A DNA stretch of 61,815 nt, counting the filler, from Choristocarpus tenellus KU-1152 (lineage: Eukaryota; Protista; Phaeophyceae), in NCBI GenBank assembly GCA_964200185.2. It is 11 parts of 11 records of this genome, joined end to end, with 100 filler letters (N's around TTAATTAATTAA, not from the genome) between each part and the next. Parts side by side here need not be neighbours in the genome. Positions count along the whole stretch, not along the records: positions 1 to 3,230 come from CAXNAD020021387.1; positions 3,331 to 13,108 come from CAXNAD020003398.1; 9 more parts are not named here. One strand, given 5' to 3'. Below, piece by piece: positions 1 through 13,208 of this stretch. The translations under genes were made by a program, and so were the position numbers. The first letter of the stretch is position 1; each line of letters begins with the position of its first letter. Below the pieces are notes generated by a model, which made no database searches, was not told the origin of the DNA, and saw only the letters and a list, made by a program, of their open reading frames with translations.

Positions 1-26
1 CCCCGCCCCCCCAGATACTTTGGGTC
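1..26. mobile_element. Terminal fragment of MITE superfamily (C-tract + AGATACTTTGGGTC)
   Basis: Same 14-bp terminus as the complete copies at 3044-3226 and 49838-49999. Confidence 0.75.
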
Positions 27-59
27 TCTCATCTCAAATCTACACCATTCCAATACAAT

Positions 60-420
60 ACAATACAACACACTCACCCCAGCCCTAATCCCAAACATTG
101 CATTGCCAAAAAAATGTTTCAATGCAACCATGGCCCTAAAGGTGACCTTATTTCAAGCCATTCCTAATCCCAAGACAAGTCTTGTTCCACCCCGAACCCT
201 TCCCCTAGTCCTAACCCCACCCTAACACAAGCCCAACCATATCTCGAAATAAACATTATCCCATCTCTAGCCCTGGCCTTGACCTCGACCATGGCCCTCA
301 CTCTAAACACGAATTCCATATCTTCAACTACTTGTAACCCCACCTCTAACCCTAACCCAAGGCCTAACCCCAGCCCCAACTTCAACTGTAACCCTCACTC
401 CTAGCTCAGTCCCACCTATA
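60..420 (+). repeat. Degenerate telomere-like (CCCTAA/AACCCT) tract
   Basis: Recurrent ccctaacc, aaccctaaccc and cctaaccc words, e.g. 346-371; the GL-repeat ORF 164..385 is a by-product. Confidence 0.6.
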
Positions 421-3043
421 TATCTATTCCCACCCTACACTCCAAACTAAATATTTAGCCCCTGATCTTGACCTATATTTGAAGAATCGCCTAGATGCTG
501 CCAACCTTACGCGATTCTAGTCCTAATCCCACCGCAAATCCGAAATCCCAAATATGTGCCTCACCCCCCAAAAAACAAAAATACAAGCACTAGTACCCCA
601 CTTTTCGACCCCTTACACACAATCTGAGGTACATTGTGCTGGTAGGAGTACACTACCCTAGAGAGAAAGATCAACAGATATGGAGATGATCAATAAACAA
701 ACTGAGCTCTGAGCACTTTGAAATTGGGTGTGATATCCTCGTTGAAGCGCATTGAAGGGCAATAGCAACAAAATAGCAACGTCATTCCATTTGAGATAGG
801 AGCGAGACAGGAGCGAGACAATTTTGACTTCTTCAGCAGAAAAGTGCGAAGTGTAAACGTGGGTTAGCCCTCCTGCCTGACTGTAGCAACAAGAAGTACA
901 AAGGGAGGTGTAACGTATTGATTTCTTGCATTAATATTCACATATTTGTTGATCTAGGCCCATATTAATAAGTTCAAGGAATGGCATAGGCTCTGTCAGG
1001 GTGATATCTTCTCCTTGATTATTCTCCCCCCTGGTCTGGATCATCCTTGGTTTTAAATTGTTTAGCACAACCAAATACTTGTTCTGCTGGCATCTGAGGA
1101 TGGGCACTCAGTCCTTCTGGGATAGGCTGAGGACTTTCATTTCTCCAAGGTTGTTCTGGGTATCGCACAGAAAACACAGAGGCGAAAGTTAGTACTTGCT
1201 CCCCCACAACATAGGTGTTTTTCTTAACAAATAAGGAAGGTGTACGTAGTAGCTAATGAAATACTTTGTCATCATAGTAACCAGCATTCGTATAGTCCTT
1301 ACACCTCAGGCCTTGGGACATGAACAGTGTGCATATTTGGGCAGCTGTGAAAAGAGGAAATCTATTGGTATCAAAGATAACTCTAGTTAGGATCAATTTC
1401 GAAGGTGTTCTGATCTCTCAACACCACAAGAGGCAACATGTGCCAGTGTGACTTACACTGTACCCTGCGTCAATATAACTGTTAGTTTCATCGTCATCAC
1501 ATATTGGCAGTCCAACCTGTAAGGTTTCATGGTCGGAAAGGTAACAAGAAGAGAACGCGAAAAGAGACATGGAAAGGAAAGAAATATTAACACAGATGCA
1601 CAAGCGTCAATCAGTTTGGTCGTATCAAGTCATTGATGGAGGGATATTCAGAACTGTTCGCTTCAGTGTCCCCCTTAACATCAACCTTGCCCACAGCCAT
1701 GTTCGAGAATTGTTCGGGCTGGCCCAGACTCATGAACCTATAATTGTCACCATCCCCGCTTACCAATATAGCCAACATGGAGGGTGCCTGATCTATTGCT
1801 AATACCGTTATCAAGTGGTTACTGAGAGGATGGCCTCTGCAGGTGAGGGGGGATGGGGTCCAAAGGGAATACTCAGTGTAGGATGGATCGAAATGCCTAC
1901 ACCATTTTTTGTCTGTTTCGTTCTATTTTAACAAAAAAGGATAACTCAGGACTTGGCTGAATCACTCATTAGCTCCTTAAGGAGTGAAAAAACTATCAAG
2001 TCATTCAGCCCTAACCAACACTGATGGCAGTGAAGGACTCTCTTGGGCAATAACAACAAAGAGGCATCAATGAAGAGAGCATGTATCTACTCAGATGCTA
2101 CGCAACTCACAATTGACTAATCAGTTTGATTAGGTTTTTGGCCCAGTCTCAAATATCCTCCTATCCGGAAATCCAGATCGTGTTCATGTTGTATGAAACT
2201 ATCTATTGTGGGCTGGTTAGTGAATGTCATATTCTCGCGTTGAACATTGTGTTCATGGGTAAAGTACCAAGTTGATTTGTGTCACTGCACAATACAAGGA
2301 CAGAAAACTATGACTGAAAGTGTGAACCAAGACGAATTGGATGTGGATATGATCGACTCTGTGGCTATATCCGTGTTACTGTTTCAAATCCACTGATATC
2401 GCATAAGCATATACGTAGTGATATAAGCAGCAGAGATGATATTGAAGATTTGACTATATTTCAGAGCAGAGGGTAGTCTACAATGACACAATAGCAGTGT
2501 GCTGGATCGATCAGGCTAGTAGGGTAGATCCGGGATTTAGGGAGGTCGAAGGGCATTTATTACTGGAAGAAGAAGATAAGCAGAATATACACACAAACTA
2601 TCATGGCGTAAGAACTACAGGGCTAAAATAGGGCGATCAGAGCGATGGGGTTAGGGGGTGACTAGAGATAATCCAAAACGCCTTTTTGACTTTGTGTTGA
2701 GGTGAGTACAAGCCACCGCGACTGAGGATAGTCACAGAGATCCCTCTGGCGGAGCATTTCTATGCTGGCACAACATGCTTCTAAAAAGGTTGTGGTTTTA
2801 AATGGCGAAATCACTCCCGTTGACCTCATCATCGAAGGAGAAAGATATCGACAAGAATATTGTCTAGGACATGCTTCTAGGTACATTCAACAACATTGGG
2901 AGATTCCATACTTTTAGTGTGGGACGAATCTCTTGCACTCATCCTGTCACTTGGCCAGGCCAATTGGCCTGTGTCGAACGGTGCGGTCATTTATTCGAAG
3001 AAACATTCTTGTAGGATTGGGTGCTGATGTGATTGAATCGTGA

Positions 3044-3226
3044 GACTCAACGTATCTGGGGGGGAAAGACGACTGTCCATTTGGGGTCAATTTTTTTATG
3101 TCACCATTTTTGTGTGATTTGGTTGCATAGGTGGGATGGATAATGTAAGTGCACGTTTCCTGGTTACGGTCCAAATAGACACCCTGGTGTAGACTCCCCC
3201 CACCTCCCCCCAAGATACTTTGGGTT
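3044..3226. mobile_element. MITE subfamily C, complete
   Basis: TIRs gactcaacgtatctgggg / ccccaagatactttgggtt; TGA on both flanks; homologous to 23329-23503 and 49838-49999. Confidence 0.85.
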
Positions 3227-3230
3227 TGAA

Positions 3231-3330
3231 NNNNNNNNNNNNNNNNNNNNNNNNNNNNNNNNNNNNNNNNNNNNTTAATTAATTAANNNNNNNNNNNNNN
3301 NNNNNNNNNNNNNNNNNNNNNNNNNNNNNN
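3231..3330. other. Artificial contig linker N44-TTAATTAATTAA-N44 (first of ten)
   Basis: Identical 100-bp blocks at 3231, 13109, 17920, 23227, 26784, 29895, 33339, 45760, 50492 and 58847; the 12-mer gives stops in all six frames. Confidence 0.98.
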
Positions 3331-3968
3331 AGTATCATCTCCATGAATTTGCTTCGCTGAAAGAACATATTCCCTGATTAGATTAGCTATTGGTTCTAGT
3401 AATTTCAATCCATCAAGACTCGAACTTGTTAGTCTAAGCACCCGGGATCAATTCTTTGACACTTCATTCAGGCAATACTTCTGTTGCATAGTACTGGTGA
3501 CTAAACACATAACACCCTATAAACTACCTAGCCTATATTGCACACCTTCAACAAATAAACTCCGAACGTCAAATACACGAGTTGATTCAGAATTAGAGTT
3601 GAGTCCTTGTATTTTTCTTAAAGAGCAAATAACCCTTGTACCCCATATTATTGTTTTTAGGGTGTGTCCCCCTCCTTAGACTTCAAATTCACCCTGCTAT
3701 AAGTGTACTCTCCTCGACATACAAAAACTGGATGGGAAAAATTCAGAGTTAATATATTCACAACCTACTCCACAAGATAGCAAGCCTATACTCAGAGCAA
3801 ACTAGGACGTAGAAAGGGTATATATTGTCAGGTAATCGTCCCTCTTGAGTATAGGGCTTGGCGACGGAATTTTCCACACCCAAATATTAGGGTATATACA
3901 CATACTACTCCCATATTCCAACACACGCATTGAAGCGCATTGTTTTTGAGCATCATACACACGATAAG

Positions 3969-6900
3969 TTAGGTTTGGCGCATTGGTTTGGACTTAGCAG
4001 TCACCCAATCCTTTGCTGTGAGTGTCTTGAATGCTTCAATGGATGCAGCCACTCTGTGCATCTTCTGGAGTGACTCGTGTGGATCTGTGACCGCAATTGT
4101 TTGCTCCACTCTGTCATTGGCGCAGTCAACATACCTGCAACCAATGGTGTCAAGTAGCATGAATATCTCGTATCAGTGGTATGGAAAATTAGCTATGTCC
4201 AGAGGTTAAGAAGTGAGTGAAAGTATCTTAGCGGGTATGAGTTTTTGCCCTGTTTGTCTGTTTGGGGCTTGACTTCCCATGGATTTTAATGACAATTTAC
4301 CTACTCCGAAGTAAAATATTTTCGATATGAAAAGGTGTGTCCGGAACAAGGATATATCGACACTTTTTAACAAACACGATTAGCCAAAATTACATCAAAA
4401 TCGCAACATTGGACTTTGGCTCCCAAGCGGACGCGGCTCTACCCTCTAAGATACATTGACTCATGTTATGTAACTTCATTGGCCTAGCCGAGGCATCATT
4501 GGTGCAAAAAATTGCTGCCTATATCTAACCGTACCGAATGACAAGTCCCTGGTGCATGAAGCGCTCCTTGTCCCATCGTTTCTTCCGTCTTGGGACCTTT
4601 TGATCATGATCTCCAAGTGTCTGAGTCATACCATGTATGGTTTTGACAGAGGTCAAGGTTCCACCAACACTGCAGTCACATTCGCAGCAAGGCATACCTG
4701 AAGAGAGGAAGCACAGCAATACCGCTAGTCAGTATAGTTGTGACCAAAGCCAGCCTAACCTACCCGAAAACATGGACAGTCTACTAGTCTATTACGTCGC
4801 ATCAAATTCAGTTCCACAGCTTGGGCCTTACACACTATAGCTGTGCACCCTCCTGCCTTTGCCGGGATTCCCTTAGACCCTGTATATCAAGACATCGACA
4901 TAAACTGCGATTATGCACCCAGGTATCATTTTGATAACTCTAGCTTGGCATTTCTTCTGGCCAAGGTGCTAGGAGTGTGGGCAAGGGTCGTTCAGCGAAA
5001 ACATGGCAATGAGATGGTGTGTCGCAGGGTATCAGGGGAGGAAAGGCAACTAGTAGGAACCTCTTGTCCCTGACGTAGAAGAGGATATAAATTTGATCAT
5101 TTCCATGGAAGAAGACAGGTTAGTTCATGGCAAGTCTACAGAGATGAAGATTTATTGAGTGAAGACCTGGGACACAGTCAAACCCTATCGCATTCATGCA
5201 AGTGTGGAGGAGCATTTCATGGTTTAAGTGCATTTCAACGATATGGTGGTATTAAAAAGAATATAGCCTATTTTGTTTACACTGTGTGCATGGAGCTTCA
5301 AGATATCGCTTACGATAGTGGGAGGGAGAGGGGGTTGATCCCATCATAATTTTCGACTTATATGCAGTCCATTAATCCAATGATCGTGCCTCCAATAATT
5401 GGGTCCCACATCTATCACTTCTCGTGCCAGAAGATAAGATAAAGAAAATCTTCTAGATGCCCACTCTCATGGTCTCTTGTTACATGTTCTAACTTCAAGA
5501 CAAGTCTTTAAAGGACTTGCAAGATTGCAACTTCGCTTGGCCAAATTGAATCCCCATTTGTTATGACCTCCATAGTAGGACAGAGGCATCACAAGCAAAC
5601 CACCAGTGCTACATTGCAAATCCTTGTTCTATAATTGCCTGGAAACTAAGTTGGGCATGAACTACTAAACTATCATGAAACGGCATAGGTAGCGCTTCAG
5701 TTTTCAATTCGATACTGCAAAAGCAGATCAGACTCCACAATACACCCTAGAGAACTATTTAAACTCTGTAGCTGCCTTTAATTTGACAACAACATTTTGA
5801 GGGGTTGGCTACAAGGGGGGCATGCTTTGAAAGGTTCAGTATTGGGTCAAAGTATCTGGGGGGGGGATGTCGTCGTCNNNNNNNNNNGTTCAAATTATGT
5901 GGGCGGTGGGATGTCGTCGTCCGTTTTTCACCCTTTTTTCGATTTTCACTTTTTTGGTGTGATTTGGTCGAACGTGTCGGGTTTGAAATGTCAGCAAAAA
6001 AAAGAGTTGTTTGACCGAAAACGGACGCCCCCTTACATACCCCCCCCCCCTCCCCAGATACTTTAACCCATTTCAGCTGCTGCTCCTAATATACTTACGC
6101 AATCAACTGGCATGAAGAGCTTATGCAAGCAAATTAGGGGGCACTGTCTGTCACAGCAGTATCAATAGTCCCCTGACTCATACCATTTATGTAGTGCCAC
6201 ACTCATTACTCACACATCTTGAAGCACGACCAGGGGCTTTTGTTGTAGGTTGTAGCAAGATCCTGCTGAACAAACACCTGCAGGACCTGAGCTTCACAAG
6301 GGCAGGACAGGCAGGGGCAGACACCAGTTCAATACAATGATATATGAACAATGTGGAATAATTGCCTTGTGATTTACACCATATACAGCATTTTTCAGTA
6401 TATCATCTAAGCGGCCGAGTGTAACAGTACACCAATCGTAAGAGAATAACTCACAAATGCTGCTGATATACTGAAACTACAAACTCAAGGAATTAATGTG
6501 TTTCTTGTCTAGCTGCTGCAAGAAGGAAACGTAATGTGACCAAACGTCCTCGCTTGTAATCCAGTATTGACATAAAGAATTTGAAGGTTAATTGTGGTAC
6601 TCAGTATATACTCATCTCACATAATTCCACAGAATGGACAATATTTAACAAAAAACTTCAATGCCTAAGGAGGGATAGCATAAGAAGAAGCAAACGCCTC
6701 ACCTCCTGTGAAGAAATCGTGCCACAATACGAAACCCACTTGCGTGACGAGCCGTACCCCGCATGACATGAGAATATCCGCTCAAGTAACCCAACTTCTT
6801 GTAGCACTACATCTGCTGTGTGGACGCCCTAACATCCATAAACAAAAAAGATAATAAAAGATATACACGGGTTTGTGATTTTAGAAGCAAATGCTATCAA

Positions 6901-7530
6901 GCCCTGTGGAATATCTTGGAACTACACAAAAGTATACGATGGACCTGTGTACCAATAAATGTAGTAATTAATGCCACAAATCGTATCTACACAAGCTGAG
7001 GGTTGGTATAATAGTATTTTTCTGGTGTTCTATCGGAAGATTTCATGACAACCATGTGATATTCCATAATGAGAAGAAGAAAAAAGGGAACTGCTTGGAC
7101 AAAAGAGGAGTAAATTATTTCCGAGAGTATTGTTGTGTGTAATCAGTATCACAATAGCTTACACCCTGAGTGGACCTGGGTGGTCCATTGGGACTCTCTC
7201 CTTACATTCTTCTTTCTCACTACTTCTAAGGTAAGAAGAATGGAGGAGTGTACCTGCACTATTATTACCGATTAATTTTTGATGACAAAATGTACCTGGG
7301 TGAAAATTATACGGCCAAGGGAGGTCAACGTCAGCCGACAGCACTGGCTGATACTGCTGTGGACTCCAGGGGCGTTTTCAATGCCAACGAGGTCAAGTGT
7401 ATCAAGTATCCCCTCATTTTCTTGTAGGATGTATTCCATAGCTTCTTCAGGAGAAATGACACTGTCACAGATTGCAGTGATATGCTTTTTTGCGCATTTT
7501 TCATCCCAATCCTGTAGTTCCCTGTCAGAC
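3969..7530 (-). CDS. 3' part of a multi-exon gene of unknown function (exon chain only partly resolved, possibly degraded upstream)
   Basis: AG/GT-bounded open exons: 6703-6828 (GVHTADVVLQEVGLLERIF...), 4535-4620 (TLGDHDQKVPRRKKRWDKERF...) splicing in phase to 3969-4134 (YVDCANDRVEQ...stop); further candidates at 6214-6277 and ~7296-7522. Confidence 0.45.
4215..4462. mobile_element. MITE subfamily A, copy 1 (central hairpin partly deleted)
   Basis: TIRs gagtgaaagtatcttagcgggta / taccctctaagatacattgactc; aligns with the five other complete copies. Confidence 0.92.
5070..5350 (+). pseudogene. Highly degenerate LINE reverse-transcriptase fragment
   Basis: VYTVCMELQDIAYDSGRE resembles the LINE RT motif xFxDLxKAYDSVxR; RGI-L-like remnant near 5090. 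Confidence 0.35.
5844..6069. mobile_element. MITE subfamily B, complete (spans a 10-N gap)
   Basis: TIRs gggtcaaagtatctgggg / ccccagatactttaaccc; ATT on both flanks; interior matches 18020-18093, 50432-50491 and 58778-58846. Confidence 0.88.
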
Positions 7531-8526
7531 GAAAAAGGAGGAAACAATGTCGTTGCAAAGGTGCTCATAACCACTGTATAGAATTAAGCAAGGTGCAAGG
7601 ATACCAGTGGTACATCTACTTCCATATCATCAATATGGTGGTGCGAATGATTCCCTGCTGCAACACATTTGAGATAACGAAGGGCGATCAAACAATACTG
7701 GATGCCAGCATCACCTGAAGTTTAGTTTTCAAGTCTAACACTCTCCTCCAATTGAAGTGTTTTACTTCAAGCATGTGTGCACAGTTCCCTATTTTAACAA
7801 GTGGAAGGAAGTGTTTGGCAACATTCTTCCTGGCCTGTTACCAACTCTCAATTATCATGAGGCCCAAGCACCTAGCAGAATGGTCACAGCATAACATTAT
7901 TTAAATACGTAGAGGGGTGACCATTTAAATAAGGATTCTTCCATTGGCTGAATGGTTTATCAAAACCTGTTGAAGTACTACAGTACCTGTCTCACCCCAT
8001 AGCAGGGACGTCTTCCCCAAAGGACTGCCTTATGTACTCCGCATTTAGTTCATGTTTTTTTTCGTTGATCAGTAGGATTATTGCAGATACTGCATTTCGA
8101 AAATCGGTCATGACGGTGACGTTGCTATTTCTAACCCTAGAGTCCCCCAAAAAAGGTGATCATCCGACTTATTTTCGTAAGTACCTGGTAAGGTACTCCC
8201 TAAATAACAAAATTACTCACATTCTCCCATAACATGCTACCCATTTGTATGCCGCTCACCTTCTAAATATGCCCTTCTCATGGACATTGATCTCTCTGAA
8301 GTTAGCGTCAGATAGCAAGGGCACGTCTCCCCCAGGTTGTAAAAGAGCATCCTCCTATTATATAAACAGCAAAGCATTGACACAATCCAATCCATGGTGT
8401 TGGAGAGAGTTCTTGATTAGTACTATGAGCACTTCAACAATAAAAATCCAGTGGTAGCGACTTAACTGAGATCTGTGCAATATAGACTAGTAGTCTATAT
8501 GGTTGATAGTGTAAAAGTGAAGTAAT

Positions 8527-8593
8527 GTAACTTGAACTTATAAGCGACTGACGTAGTGTAACTTGAACTTACAAGTGGCTGACGTAGTGTAAC
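8527..8593. repeat. 31-bp tandem repeat (~2.2 copies) abutting a copia LTR
   Basis: tgtaacttgaactta(t/c)aag(c/t)g(a/g)ctgacgtag twice, then tgtaac. Confidence 0.85.
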
Positions 8594-9700
8594 TGTCACA
8601 AACATGTTTAAACATATTTCTGACGTGTTTGATGACGAATGAATTAGATAACAAGGGAGAGCACCACCCCCCACCTCAAGGGATAGTGCTCACTCCGCTA
8701 ATAAACAAATCCATACCACATAAAGCAAAATACTCTATCAGAGCAGCTCTCTCTTGCATAGGTTATGAGCCTCATTGTTATGTAAGCGGACCCCCATATG
8801 CTGCCACTATGGAGTGGAGCGCGGGGGCATACAAGGGAGAAGTGGGCTGAATGGCGGATGGCGCTGGTGAGCTATGCGGGCGGCAAGAGACTGTACTGCA
8901 TCCTACAACCAGCATACCGCATTCCTGCACCTCCCACAGCTGATACATCATTCAAGGAACGCTGCGCGTACGATGAATACGTCAGGCATCACATAGCCTT
9001 GCGGTTCCTGCTGGGACAGGCCACGAGGGGTGCTGCAGCTATGGTGGTCAGCTTTTATGGTCAACACGTACGAGAGGAGGCAGCCCCGACAGGAGGGCAG
9101 CCTGTCTCGAATTAGAGCAGATCTATGGCCCATGCAGCTCATAACTCCAGAGGTGAAATTGTGCGACATGTACTGCTCGTCAGTGGAGGGCACTGCAGAT
9201 TTCGTCATTCGTCTCGATGATATCTGGACGAGTACGAGCAGCCGGAGGCAGCAAAGATCATGCCAAGAAAGGAGCTCTGATCATTGGCATCAGGGACAGC
9301 ATGCTGGAGGTATTTGCAGATGTGTCCATGTGGAAGACGATAGATCCCCATGCAGCTCGACAAGAAAGGAGCTCTGATCGTGGGTATCAGGGACAGCATG
9401 CCGCAGGTATTTGCGCTGATGTGTCCTTGTGGAGGACGAGAGATCCCCATGCAGCCCGACAAAGCACGCACGGAGGACAAGAGATCCCCGTGCAGCTCAC
9501 CGGAAGACACGTGGAGGATTAGACCCTGTTGCAGCTCAACAGAAGACGCGCGGAGACGAGATCCCCGTGCAGTTCATCATCTGACCCGATATAAGCTACA
9601 AGAAGCTGAAACGGGCAATAGTATAATCATCAACAAGGGATATGGTACAATCAATAACGAGCAAGAACTGGAAGTCTAGGAGGAGGAGCAGTTGTCACAA
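8594..9700 (+). mobile_element. Ty1/copia remnant: LTR (8594-8758), PBS (8761-8772), degenerate gag start
   Basis: 165-bp TG...CA segment containing AATAAA, then GGTTATGAGCC (copia-type PBS), then PLWSG...KWAEWRMALVSYAGGKRL resembling a copia gag N-terminus. Confidence 0.65.
9265..9575 (+). repeat. 97-bp tandem duplication plus repeated GAGATCCCC(A/G)TGCAG motif inside the copia remnant
   Basis: 9265-9361 is nearly identical to 9362-9458; motif recurs near 9342, 9441, 9481 and 9558. Confidence 0.85.
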
Positions 9701-9744
9701 CCCCTAACCCTAAAGGGGAGCTAAGGAGGGATCGCATGTTGTAT

Positions 9745-11250
9745 CGACCACAACTCCTCCCCCTACCAAATTCTCCAGCTCCATCCCCACTGATGCATCT
9801 CGCTACCACCCCATCTCGAGCCACTTCGTCTATGTAAGGCAGCAGTGGCCGCTGTAGCAGCATCTTTGGTACACAGACCTATCACACGCTTCTCCCTGCT
9901 AGCCTCGTCCACGAAAACCTGAAAATATTTTATTCTTGTCACATCCGGGTTAAAAGGTCCCTCCATGTCTATGTGCCACCTCCCCCACTGTCTTGGGACT
10001 GCGAACTCCCCGTGCATAACTGAGTGCCTCGGACTTGCACTCCTTGCATACCTTGCAATGGAGCTCTGAGGCAACTGTAGCATCTGCGATATCCAGGAGG
10101 CCTAGTTTCTCCAGGTGCTTAATAGCGAATGGATTGAGGTGAACCATGATGTTGCACCAGTCAGAGAGGGAGAGACACTGCTTTTTATTTGCGTAGGTGG
10201 CATTGACCTTGGGCTGTCCAGTTTGTTTGCCTGGAACTGGGCCCTTAGCAATAGGAAGGCACCCTTCTCTAAAAAAAATTGGATGCGTTATTTCTAGGTT
10301 TGATGTAGCTTTGTCTGATCCCAGAGTCTAAAAATTCACCTCCATTCCACCGTAGGCTACTTGTGCTGAGAAGGTCTGCAGGGTAGACCAGGTACCCAGA
10401 GCACATCTTGTAGCACAATCTTGGTCGGCTTACCCTTTGCGTTAGTGGCCTCGAGTATCATCTTGCCTGTAGCTTGTGCTTGTAATGTACCTTTATTGCC
10501 AAAAGCGCAAGTGCGGGTGATTTTTTGTTGTTGCAGTAAGGTCCTGCAGTCGTGGGGTAAGATGAACATTTGCTCCTGAGTCGCATAGGAGGCTGATGAT
10601 CTCTGTCTTGGTCAGATCTTGAGTCGAGGATAGATGTGCTGCCTCGAGCATTTTGTTATATGCGTCCTCCCCCACAGATACGTTCATGGCCAGGAATGCT
10701 CGCGATGAGCCCTGGCAATCAGCTTTGTCTCCACCTTTGCCACCACTGTTCCTTTTCCTGGTTGGTGGTGGGGGAAATCTTGGTTTCGGCATCCCCTGGG
10801 GGTGCTTTGAATCGAAACCTTTCTTGGGCCCTTGTTTTCTTTTCTGATATTCTGCTCTTGTGTGAAGGGCCATCGCCCCCGATCTCCTAGATGTGTCTCC
10901 TATGACCTCCGTGGTCATGTAAGACGAGGAAGATACGATGGTGTTCTTGAGCCGATCATAGGTTAGTTCTGGGGTTGTTGTTATGCTCATGCGAGCTGAC
11001 CACCATCGCAGCAGCTCCTCTCGTGGCCTGGTCCAAAAGGAATCATAAGGCCTCACGATTTTTAACATACTCCTCGTACGCGCTGCGTTCTCCAAACAAT
11101 GTGTCAGGCTTGGGAGGTGCAGGAATGCTGTATTCCACTCTATCAGAGTAGGTCTCTTTTGCATAAGATCCGCCTTATCTACCTCCCCTTTTGATCATCT
11201 TTGTGTCCCTTCAGAGCAGAAATTGGACTTCACGTCACATTTCAGCAACG
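9745..11250 (-). mobile_element. Ty1/copia gag-protease-integrase remnant, frameshifted, lacking RT/RNase H
   Basis: Protease LLCDSGANVH and VLQDVLWVPGL; pre-integrase MVHLN...CKVC; integrase WHIDMEGPF...VFVDEASR...ISGDGAGEFG; PR-IN order is diagnostic of copia. Confidence 0.92.
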
Positions 11251-11344
11251 CTCTCAAGCTGACATAGGGCTGCCTCTTCTTCGTGTTTTGTGTGACTTCT
11301 TCATGAAGGAAAAAAACAGGTACTTTCTACTGATATCGGCAACA

Positions 11345-11602
11345 GAGTGAAAGTATCTTAGAGGGTACGAGATTTGCCCTGTTTGTCCATTTGGGACTTG
11401 GCTTCCCACAGGTGTTTTATGACATTTTCCTACTCCGATATGTTTCAGAGTAGGTAAAATTTATATGTTATGAAAAGGTGTGTCCGGACCAAGGATATTG
11501 ACACTTCCTCAAAAGCACGATAGTCAAAATTACATCAAAATCGGAACATTGGATTTTGACCCCCAAATGGATGCGACTCTACCCTCTAAGATACTTTGGC
11601 TC
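11345..11602. mobile_element. MITE subfamily A, copy 2
   Basis: TIRs gagtgaaagtatcttagagggta / taccctctaagatactttggctc; AACA on both flanks. Confidence 0.95.
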
Positions 11603-12599
11603 AACACTCAAGCATTTCGGATTGACACACTGTTCTAATGTGCACCACTACTTATCGTTGGTCTTTCAGCCTCAAGACGCATGAAATCACCAATAATTTG
11701 CAAAAGAGTCAACCTAAAGTAGTTTCCGATACATTTGCCGACTTCAAAAGTCAAACACACATGATGGAGCAAAGTCGAAAATTCCAGAGATCGTAAGTAG
11801 AGCTCACCATCTTGTCTTCCTTGTCCACATCGAACTGAGCCTCAGTGAAAGGCCACTCCTTTGAGTGCAAGTAGGAAGAACCATTCGCGCCAATCTTCAA
11901 GTCGTCCACCGAAACATCCTGGGGCCAACGAGTTTGTAAAGAATTTCAGTCAGCTCGGTTAGCTCGATCAGCTCGATCACCTCTGAAGGGAGCAGGTCCT
12001 CACTCACAACTAACCACTGGTCACGTGAAATTTTTCAATAAAACAAGGTCCCATGCGACCGATCATTACATCTCGAGTGTATTTCTCATTCAATTGGCAA
12101 CTCTCTTCTCCCGACCCTACTGGTAGGTTTGTGGGAAGAAATCGTTGGGATGGTTGAGTTAATCGAATCTCACCATATCTGCAGAGACCAATCACAACCT
12201 CTTCTCTGACGCGATAACTGAACCGTACTTCGATGCTGTAGTTGTGGGACGTTCTGCTGAGAGGAAGATAATCAGTCTGACTCGACACCCTCTAAGGTCA
12301 GAGATGAGTCCAGGTCATGCCCAAAATATTTACCTTGTTGGAAGTGGGAAGGGACGAATTATATTTTTCTCACTTCTCACTGCACTATTTTTACATATTA
12401 TTCTACAGCAATATGATCATTGTCGGAGATGGGGTGGAGAAAGGTGAGAACAAATATGTTTTATTCTCAAAATGAAGGTGGAAGCCATAAATGTTTAGGT
12501 TCTCTTATGATATTGAAGTTATGATTGAGGGCTGATTTTAAAGATAAAATGTTCTAATAGTTGAAAAAGACAGATATATCTAGTGCAATTCTAGGAGTT

Positions 12600-12660
12600 C
12601 TTATATTATTATTCCTTCTGATATTTTGCAGATGTGTCACGGGAAAAACCAATGAAAACT
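12600..12660 (+). repeat. Dispersed repeat shared (inverted) with 26884-26942
   Basis: tatattattattccttctgatattttgcagatgtgtcacgggaaaaaccaatgaaaac matches the reverse complement of the start of contig 6. Confidence 0.85.
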
Positions 12661-13208
12661 ATACATATGTGATTATTAATCCTAAGGAAATTAAATATCC
12701 ACACCACATATCAACTACCACATACACATATATTTGGTACTTAATCTCCTACACATTTAGACCTACTGGAACTTTGGGCTCCTTACTATGCTGCTGTCCC
12801 TCTCTACTCTTTCAGTACAGCACTGTCTCCACCTACCTGTTCGATTAGACTCTTCCAACTCTATCGGACAGTTAGGTTAAATATGTACAGTACCTACCCC
12901 TATTTTGGGCCAAATATTATGAACCAAATCGAAAAATATGCAATTTTGTACTGCTTTTTTCGACATGCTCAAAAAATAGGATTTTGTACCGGAATTCTTG
13001 TATTCGGGCGATTTGGCACAAACTCCCAGAGATATTCACGCGAGTTTGGCGCGCGCATAAAAATTCTCGCGAAAAGTGCTTTTCTTCTTGAGTCATGCTA
13101 CCATACAGNNNNNNNNNNNNNNNNNNNNNNNNNNNNNNNNNNNNNNNNNNNNTTAATTAATTAANNNNNNNNNNNNNNNNNNNNNNNNNNNNNNNNNNNN
13201 NNNNNNNN

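Noticed and set aside
164-385. Gly-Leu repeat protein ORF
   Set aside because: Translation of degenerate TTAGGG-like repeats
1000-3000. Coding-looking stretch with short ORFs on both strands
   Set aside because: Frequent stops, no recognisable motif and no consistent exon chain
3275-3286. Recurrent TTAATTAATTAA as a biological motif
   Set aside because: Always centred in 44+44 Ns; it is a six-frame-stop spacer added during concatenation
11808-12240. Candidate minus-strand exons (DVSVDDLKIG..., IEVRFSYRVREE...)
   Set aside because: Plausible splice sites but the phases do not join and no family is recognised
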